DNA of 32,000 nt, taken from positions 1,323,272 through 1,355,271 of the forward strand of contig NZ_LT963434.1 in NCBI RefSeq assembly GCF_900199515.1. The letters run 5' to 3'. The translations under genes were made by a program, and so were the position numbers. The notes under the pieces are model-generated. The model saw only the letters and a program-made list of their open reading frames with translations, had not been told where the DNA came from and searched no databases. This DNA is from Massilicoli timonensis. Its GTDB lineage: Bacteria; Bacillota_I; Bacilli_A; Erysipelotrichales; Erysipelotrichaceae. Position 1 is the first letter of the stretch. Each line of letters opens with the position of its first letter. Below, piece by piece: positions 26,180-32,000 of this stretch.

Positions 26180-26360
26180 AGCAAACCTCCTCATTTGTTA
26201 TTTGTTATCCTTATCTTATCAAAGTATTTCTTAATTCGCAAGTTATATGTTACTAACTTTATATTATTTTTTCCTATTTCCTGCAAGATATGCACAAATC
26301 GCTTGCTTGATTTTTCTTTCCTCATAATCTGTATGGAAAAACTTACTTGTTTTCCTGATA

Positions 26361-26390
26361 AGAAAAGACCTGTCTCTTTTGAAACAAGTC
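26361..26390 (-). terminator. Rho-independent terminator after gnd
   Basis: Minus strand: GACUUGUUUC-AAAA-GAGACAGGUC followed by a U-rich tract. Confidence 0.55.
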
Positions 26391-26398
26391 TTTTTCTT

Positions 26399-27784
26399 TT
26401 ATTCCCAAATCGTATGAAAAACACCTTTTCGATCATTACGCTCATATGTGTGCGCGCCGAAATAATCACGCTGCGCCTGTAACAATGCGGTCGTAGAATC
26501 CGCACAACGGATCGCATCATAATAAGACAAAGCGCTCATCATAAGCGGTATGCTGATGCCGTTTTGCACTGCATAGGCAACGACATTGCGCGCTGATGCT
26601 TCATAGCTTTGCACCTTTTCTTGGATCGGTTTTGCCAAAAGCAAATGTTCCAGATCCGGCTGTTCATCATAAATATGCGCAAGCGTTTTTAGGAAAGCGC
26701 TTTTGATGATACAACCCTCCTGCCAGATCGTCGCCAGTGTGTGAAAACAGATGCCATACTCGTTCTTTTCATTGATTCTCTGCATAAAAGCAAAGCCTTG
26801 GGCATAAATCATGATCTTCATGAAATAAAGCGCTTCTTCCAGTTCTTTGATGAATGTGTCGTAAGGGTTTGCCTGTTGCTTTTTTTCATAATGCGCAGCC
26901 AGTTCATTGCGCAAATTTTTTTGTTCTGACAAGAAGCGGGAAGAAACTGCCTGTTCAATCGACGGCACTGCGATCCCTTCTTCGATCGCCGTCTGTACGA
27001 CCCACTTGCCGGTGCCCTTTTGCTTGGCGACATCTAAGATGTGATGAATCAGAAAAGTGCCGTCCCACTCTTGATAACGCAATATCGAAGCAGTGATTTC
27101 CATCAGGTAAGAGGAAAGCATGCCTGATTGATAATGCGCGAATATCGAGGCGATCTGCTCTGTATCATCTGCATAGGCAAAGCGCACCAAGGCATAGGCA
27201 TCTGCCAGCAGCTGCATATCCGCATACTCGATGCCGTTATGCACCATCTTGACAAAATGCCCGCAGCCTTTTATGCCGATGTAATGACAGCAGGAACTGC
27301 CATCGCTATTATGAGCGGCAATCGTCTCCAGCACTTCCGCTGCGTTTTGATAAGCGCTTCGATTCCCCGAAGGCATGATGCTAGGACCAAGGAGCGCACC
27401 TCTTTCGCCTCCGGAAACCCCTGCCGAAATGAAATGGATTCCCTTCTGTTCCAGTTCCTGCTGCCTTTTTTCACTGTCGAGATAAAACGAATTGCCGCAG
27501 TCGATGATACAATCTTCTTGCTGCAAGTACGGCAAAAGCGATGCGATCACTTCATCGACCGCTTTCCCCGCCGTTACCATTAAAATGATCACACGCGGTT
27601 TTGCCAGACTGTTCACAAATGCCTCCAAGCTTTCACAAGCCATGACCCCGTCTTTGTTTTCGGCAAACTGTATCGCTTTTTGCACTTCGATATTATAAAC
27701 GCTCAAAGAAAAGCCATGACGATAAATATTTTCCGCAAGCGAGGTTCCCATCACCCCTAAGCCATATAAACCGACCTTATTCAT
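26399..27784 (-). CDS. gnd: 6-phosphogluconate dehydrogenase (decarboxylating)
   Basis: 461 aa. N-terminal Rossmann GLYGLGVMG, then the conserved IMPSG...NGIEYADMQL...GTGKW motifs. Overlaps the M20D gene by 8 nt. Confidence 0.9.
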   Translation of the reverse strand: MNKVGLYGLGVMGTSLAENIYRHGFSLSVYNIEVQKAIQFAENKDGVMACESLEAFVNSLAKPRVIILMVTAGKAVDEVIASLLPYLQQEDCIIDCGNSFYLDSEKRQQELEQKGIHFISAGVSGGERGALLGPSIMPSGNRSAYQNAAEVLETIAAHNSDGSSCCHYIGIKGCGHFVKMVHNGIEYADMQLLADAYALVRFAYADDTEQIASIFAHYQSGMLSSYLMEITASILRYQEWDGTFLIHHILDVAKQKGTGKWVVQTAIEEGIAVPSIEQAVSSRFLSEQKNLRNELAAHYEKKQQANPYDTFIKELEEALYFMKIMIYAQGFAFMQRINEKNEYGICFHTLATIWQEGCIIKSAFLKTLAHIYDEQPDLEHLLLAKPIQEKVQSYEASARNVVAYAVQNGISIPLMMSALSYYDAIRCADSTTALLQAQRDYFGAHTYERNDRKGVFHTIWE

Positions 27785-28970
27785 TTTTCAATCGTTCCTT
27801 TAGCTCCGCCTGCGCCTGCTCCACTAATTCCGGATGTAAAAACAGTTCTCCTGCGGTTCTTGCCATTGCTTTGCTGCCGACCTCGATGCAGCGATAGCCC
27901 GCTTCACTGATCGCCAGTTCACGAAACTGGTCCGTATGCCCGGATATTTTATGATCGCGAAAGATCGTGACATATAAATTGCAGATCGGGATATGGCGAG
28001 AAACATTGCCCAGATCTTCTCCGCCCAGATCATACGGCATGCCATCCATGACCGGCTCCTTGAGCTTTGCCAGTTCTCCTTTGCAGACATCGGCCAGGAT
28101 CTGATTCGGGATCCTGCCCGCATAACCGTCCTGCTCCTTGATCTCACAGGTGCAGCCGGTTGCCATCGCACTGCCTTTCGCCGCATTTCGGATCTTTTCA
28201 TTGACCTTATGCAGATCTTTTAAGCTCAGTGAATTGCTGTTGCATAGTACTTTTGTATAAGCGGGAATCTGACCGGTGCTGATGCCGCCGTTGGCGATCA
28301 TGCAGCTGTAATTGGTATTGTTTTTGATCTGTTTTCCGTTTAGCCCCATTGCCGTTACAAATAATGTCGCCGCATCCAAGGCATTGATGCCATCCTCTGC
28401 GTGTGATTGCGCATGTGCGCTCTTGCCGAAAAACTCTATTTGAAATTCAGTGGAAGAAACACATTCGCCGGCAATACGGGTCGTTGCCGAGGTCGGGTGC
28501 AGCAGGAATACTGCATCAATATCCGCAAATACACCATTTTCTAACATGATGATCTTGCCGCCGCCATCTTCTTCCGCAGGTGTGCCGATCACATGGATCG
28601 TACCGCATAAATCGGCATCCTGTACCATCTTCTGTAAAGCGATGGCAGCACCCAGACCAGAGCAGGCAATCAGATTATGCCCGCACGCATGTCCCAGCTT
28701 TGGCAGCGCATCATATTCCAATAAGATCGCGATCTGCTTTCCTCCCAATCGATGCGTATAAGTGGCATGAAACGCTGTTTCCAAACCGCCGGATCCACGT
28801 TCTATCGCAAAGCCTTCTTTTTCCAAAAAAGCACTCAGGCAGCGCATCGCCTCATATTCATGAAACGCCAGCTCCGGGTGTCCATGCAGGAACGCCGATA
28901 TTTCCCAAAGCTCCTCCATGCGCGCCTCTACATAGCGATCACACGCTTCTTTTATCTTTTCAAAGTCCAT
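27777..28970 (-). CDS. M20D-family amidohydrolase (aminoacylase/HipO-like)
   Basis: Start ATG 28970 after GAAGGTGG. HPELAFHEYEA and HACGHN metal-site motifs of the M20D amidohydrolase family. Confidence 0.8.
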   Translation of the reverse strand: MDFEKIKEACDRYVEARMEELWEISAFLHGHPELAFHEYEAMRCLSAFLEKEGFAIERGSGGLETAFHATYTHRLGGKQIAILLEYDALPKLGHACGHNLIACSGLGAAIALQKMVQDADLCGTIHVIGTPAEEDGGGKIIMLENGVFADIDAVFLLHPTSATTRIAGECVSSTEFQIEFFGKSAHAQSHAEDGINALDAATLFVTAMGLNGKQIKNNTNYSCMIANGGISTGQIPAYTKVLCNSNSLSLKDLHKVNEKIRNAAKGSAMATGCTCEIKEQDGYAGRIPNQILADVCKGELAKLKEPVMDGMPYDLGGEDLGNVSRHIPICNLYVTIFRDHKISGHTDQFRELAISEAGYRCIEVGSKAMARTAGELFLHPELVEQAQAELKERLKNE

Positions 28971-29021
28971 AAAACCACCTTCTATCATCTCATGCACAGC
29001 ACGGTGATACTTCCTTTCCGT

Positions 29022-29846
29022 TTAGAATAAACCAACGAATGATCCTGCTAAGGAAATGATCAAGATTAGGATCAAGATCTTATTATAAGCCTGTTCTTTC
29101 TTATCGAAGTACAGATAGATCAACATGATCGCCGCTAACGGCAGCATGCCCGGAATGATCGAATCAAGTATATCCTGTACGACCATCGTATCCGCATTTT
29201 CCATCACGATCTCAATCGGGATCGACAGTTTTACATAGCTTGCCCCTAGTGCGCCCATCATAAACAGACCTAAGATACTGGATCCGGTAATGACATCCTT
29301 GATCATGCCCGACTGCAACATCGTCTGCACAGATTCACGTCCTACCCGATAGCCGAACATATACAGCACATAGCCTAAAGCCAGACAGATGAAGGCGAAG
29401 GCAAACGGGATCAATCCGCCCCATACGCTTCCCGCCATTGCCAAAGTAATGCCGAATGAGAAAACGATCGGACGAATGGTTCCCCATACGATCGTATCGC
29501 CGATACCTGCCATCGGTCCCATTAAACCGGTCTTGATGCCGGTAATCATTTCTCCCGGAATTTCCGCACCGTTCGCTTTTTCTTCTTCCATCGACAGTGT
29601 GATACCGCCGATCAGTGAGCCGAAGGTACCTTCTGAGTTAAAGAATTGCAAATGACGCTCCAGCGCCTCACGATACGCTTCTTCATCGTCATACAGTTTC
29701 CGCAGCGGTTTCATGATCGACACACAGAAACTGAGCGCCTGCATACGTTCATAGGAATTACTTGCTTCTACTAGCAAAGCCCACATGAAGAACGAGTTTC
29801 TGACCTCGCGTTTCGTTAACTTTTTCTGCGTTACAACTTCACTCAT
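29022..29846 (-). CDS. PTS mannose/fructose/sorbose-family EIID component
   Basis: 274 aa; the N-terminus (KLTKREVRNSFFMWALLVEASNSYERMQALSF) is typical of ManZ-type IID. Confidence 0.9.
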   Translation of the reverse strand: MSEVVTQKKLTKREVRNSFFMWALLVEASNSYERMQALSFCVSIMKPLRKLYDDEEAYREALERHLQFFNSEGTFGSLIGGITLSMEEEKANGAEIPGEMITGIKTGLMGPMAGIGDTIVWGTIRPIVFSFGITLAMAGSVWGGLIPFAFAFICLALGYVLYMFGYRVGRESVQTMLQSGMIKDVITGSSILGLFMMGALGASYVKLSIPIEIVMENADTMVVQDILDSIIPGMLPLAAIMLIYLYFDKKEQAYNKILILILIISLAGSFVGLF

Positions 29847-29848
29847 GA

Positions 29849-30592
29849 TTAAGCCTCCTCTCTGCGCGCCTTAGACGCGAATACAACTAATACGGCGATA
29901 CATGCACCGAAGATCGCTGCTGCCATGGTCGGGATCTGCAAATACTGCACAGCAAAGAAGCCGATGAAGAAATAAGGAAGCAGCTGTTTTTTACCGATGG
30001 TAAAGATGATGGTCGCAAAGCCGATAGCCGGTAATACACCGCCCGCTACTTCAAGACCGTGCATGAGCCAGTCCGGAATAAATTCCATGACCGCATTGAC
30101 TGCGTCTGCTCCGACATATACGGCCGCAAATACGACCGGAAAACGAAGCAGGAAATAGAAGATCTGCGGCAATACCGTACCGAGCATAAAGATTCCCTTG
30201 CTGTTGCCTTCCTTGGCATACGTATCCGCTCTGTGAATAAAGAATGCGTTAACCGTACGGCGAATCTGATCGACAAATGCTCCTAATACGCCAAACGGCA
30301 CTGCCAGTACCACTGCCGCTTCTGCCGATAAGTTTGATGCAAGTGCCAGCGGAATGGCAATCGCACCGGCAAGTCCCGCATCGGAAGGCAGATTACCGCC
30401 CGCAAAGATCATTCCCAAATAGATCAACTGAATGCTTCCGCCTAAAATCATGGAAGTTTCCATATCCCCTGAAACAATACCGAAAACCAAACCATAGAAA
30501 AGCGGCTGCCCTAATACATCATAAAACCAATACCCCAAACAGCAGTGTGCTAAATAATATAAGATACCCGCTGTGATCGCTAATTGTAACAT
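29849..30592 (-). CDS. PTS mannose/fructose/sorbose-family EIIC component
   Basis: 247-aa membrane protein with a ManY-type pattern. Confidence 0.9.
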   Translation of the reverse strand: MLQLAITAGILYYLAHCCLGYWFYDVLGQPLFYGLVFGIVSGDMETSMILGGSIQLIYLGMIFAGGNLPSDAGLAGAIAIPLALASNLSAEAAVVLAVPFGVLGAFVDQIRRTVNAFFIHRADTYAKEGNSKGIFMLGTVLPQIFYFLLRFPVVFAAVYVGADAVNAVMEFIPDWLMHGLEVAGGVLPAIGFATIIFTIGKKQLLPYFFIGFFAVQYLQIPTMAAAIFGACIAVLVVFASKARREEA

Positions 30593-30603
30593 TTTAATCC
30601 CTC

Positions 30604-31095
30604 CTATGAATAAAATTTCTTTAATGCGCTGTCTAACTCTTCTCTTGGCTCATTCGGCAGTACATGCAGATAAACATGGGTGCCTCTGCTTTGCATTTCC
30701 TCTAGTAGTTTCGCATCTTTCGCATCAAAGGAAACCTGTCCCATCACCGTCTTTCTGCCACCGCTTCCGCCAAGTCCGCCGATCTGGAATTCTTTGATCG
30801 GGAAGCCCTTGTTTAATGCGTCCATCGCTTCCTCCACGCTCTTGAACAACACCAAAATTCTTCCCTCTCCCATTTCGTTTTCTTTCCATGATGCGACTGC
30901 TCCATCGACGCTCAGCACTTCCACCTTTACGCCCGGAGGCGCCGCCATGACGTAAATGCTCGCCATGAATTGATCTTTTGACAAGGCATCATTGATGACA
31001 ACGATGCGATTGGCATTTGCCTCTTTGACCCATTTAGTGATGACCTGCCCGTGGATCAAACGATAGTCTGCGCGAATCAGTTTAATTTCTGCCAT
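30604..31095 (-). CDS. PTS mannose/fructose/sorbose-family EIIB component
   Basis: IRADYRLIHGQV phospho-His motif. Confidence 0.9.
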   Translation of the reverse strand: MAEIKLIRADYRLIHGQVITKWVKEANANRIVVINDALSKDQFMASIYVMAAPPGVKVEVLSVDGAVASWKENEMGEGRILVLFKSVEEAMDALNKGFPIKEFQIGGLGGSGGRKTVMGQVSFDAKDAKLLEEMQSRGTHVYLHVLPNEPREELDSALKKFYS

Positions 31096-31099
31096 ATGC

Positions 31100-31504
31100 T
31101 TACTCCCTTCTTAATACCTTAATGACATCTTTGCCGCTCTCTTTTAATGTCTGAATGCCCAGCTCCACCAGCTCCTCTGCACTGCATCGCTCCTTTTGCG
31201 AATAAATTTCAATGAGCATGGCAAGATTTAATCCGGATAAAATATGCAGTGCATATCTGCCTGACAGCATCGCCATCGTATTTGACGGTGTACCGCCGAA
31301 TAAATCCACCAGCGCAATGACTTCCCTTGTTTCCTTTTGCAGTTTCGCTTCGATCAAAGCGCTGTATTCCTCCGGCGACATGCCCGGCAATAATGAAAAC
31401 ACCTGCACATCTTCCAGCTTGTCATAGATCATTTCCGCGCTCTTCACAAGTTCTTCGCCGAAACGCCCATGCGTACAAATATAGAGTATCTTTCCTTGGT
31501 CCAT
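31100..31504 (-). CDS. PTS mannose-family EIIA component
   Basis: Start ATG 31504 (MDQGKILYICTHGRFGEEL) after AAGGGAG. The track start TTG 31537 lies inside the sigma54 promoter and is rejected. Confidence 0.85.
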   Translation of the reverse strand: MDQGKILYICTHGRFGEELVKSAEMIYDKLEDVQVFSLLPGMSPEEYSALIEAKLQKETREVIALVDLFGGTPSNTMAMLSGRYALHILSGLNLAMLIEIYSQKERCSAEELVELGIQTLKESGKDVIKVLRRE

Positions 31505-31532
31505 CGTTTCACTCCCTTCTTGCTTATCATTA

Positions 31533-31548
31533 AGCAAGATTTATGCCA
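31533..31548 (-). promoter_or_regulatory. Sigma54-dependent (-24/-12) promoter of the mannose-family PTS operon
   Basis: The minus strand reads TGGCAT-AAATC-TTGCT, with canonical GG/GC spacing, about 30 nt upstream of the IIA ATG and just downstream of the regulator gene terminator. Confidence 0.75.
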
Positions 31549-31551
31549 AAT

Positions 31552-31587
31552 AAAAAAAGCAGCGAAATCAGGCTTCTGACTGCTGCT
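31552..31587 (-). terminator. Rho-independent terminator after the LevR-like regulator gene
   Basis: Minus strand: AGCAGC-N18-GCTGCT followed by T7. Confidence 0.6.
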
Positions 31588-31602
31588 TCTTATTTCAGTG
31601 TA

Positions 31603-32000
31603 TCAATCTGTGTCAAAAATATCCATAATATAACACACTTCCCCATCCGGAACGGTAATGTTAAATGTCGATTCGATGATCTCCATTGCGGTCCTGATGA
31701 TACGATATCGTTTTTCATCCGCTTTGATTCGTTTCTCTTCCTCACTGTAAGCCATCGCCTGCTTTTGAATGATCCTTTCGATCATACATCCTAAATGCAG
31801 CAGATAGCCGATCAAGATACGGTTATAATCCATGATCTCCATCATATTGTTGATGATCTGAAATGATTTGGTAATCGCATCATTGGCTTTCATCGGATCT
31901 AAAAACACCAATGAATCTGTTAATAAATTGTTGATCACAAAGTTAGGAAGCTGCGGTTTTACATTCTCTGCCCCGGTAACATTGATGATCAGATGTGAAA
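31603..32000 (-). CDS. PRD-containing transcriptional activator, C-terminal part (LevR-like, probably sigma54-dependent; gene runs off the window end)
   Basis: The frame stays open to position 32000, upstream of the track start GTG 31938. PRD-like sequence (LIGYLLHLGCMIERI..., GEVCYIMDIF). Sits directly upstream of a -24/-12 promoter and a mannose-family PTS operon. Confidence 0.65.
   Translation of the reverse strand, partial: SHLIINVTGAENVKPQLPNFVINNLLTDSLVFLDPMKANDAITKSFQIINNMMEIMDYNRILIGYLLHLGCMIERIIQKQAMAYSEEEKRIKADEKRYRIIRTAMEIIESTFNITVPDGEVCYIMDIFDTD

Noticed and set aside
26191-26520. Track ORFs 26191..26520 (-) and 26195..26482 (+) in the AT-rich spacer between the PepSY gene and gnd
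   Set aside because: They overlap the gnd 3' end and its terminator, are AT-rich low-complexity translations, and have no SD. The region is better explained as terminator plus promoter DNA.
31505-31537. TTG 31537 as the start of the PTS EIIA gene
   Set aside because: It lies within the sigma54 -12 element, upstream of the expected transcription start. ATG 31504 has a good SD and the typical N-terminus.
1252-31794. Remaining track ORFs lying antisense or out of frame inside the called genes (for example 1252..1482, 2014..2364, 5591..5830, 6653..6994, 7611..8150, 15447..15785, 16584..16904, 18341..18781, 22475..22801, 27128..27583, 28580..28972, 30277..30576)
   Set aside because: They are shadow ORFs fully overlapped by longer ORFs with clear family signatures. 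Their composition is low-complexity or biased, and they lack SD sequences.
1-32000. CRISPR arrays, tRNA or rRNA genes, prophage or defence-island gene content
   Set aside because: I saw no short regularly spaced repeats, cloverleaf-like or rRNA-like segments, or recognisable defence or phage proteins. The only long repeats are the two IS110 copies.

Overview
Chromosomal window from a Bacillota-type genome that uses the standard bacterial code, with TGA acting as a stop. Housekeeping genes are an ftsH-like protease, ispF, rarA, mntP with a yybP-ykoY Mn riboswitch, a FemAB-family transferase, gpmI and gnd. Two sugar PTS loci sit among them. One is a cellobiose/lichenan-type IIA-GH1-IIC-IIB operon. 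The other is a mannose-family IIA-IIB-IIC-IID operon with a sigma54 (-24/-12) promoter and a LevR-like regulator, coupled to an M20D amidohydrolase and gnd. There are three insertion sequences. One is an AT-rich ISL3-family element with an 8-bp target duplication inside a terminator T-tract. The other two are 100% identical 1645-bp IS110-family elements in direct orientation (9491-11135 and 12661-14305). IS110 copy A splits the PRD-type regulator of the cellobiose operon. Copy B lies 10 bp upstream of the ispF start codon, cutting ispF off from its apparent native promoter while supplying an SD and an outward-facing promoter. The best candidate for a novel system is the 300-nt structured non-coding left end of the IS110 element, a possible element-encoded guide (bridge-type) RNA. 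Both insertion sites share a TTCRCAT motif exactly 17 bp upstream of an IS-borne -10 box, and the left end carries heptamers complementary to both left flanks. Other oddities are an in-frame TGA in the ftsH-like gene and a TetR-controlled cluster of three uncharacterised small or membrane proteins with a perfect 24-bp palindromic operator. No tRNA, rRNA or CRISPR array was seen.
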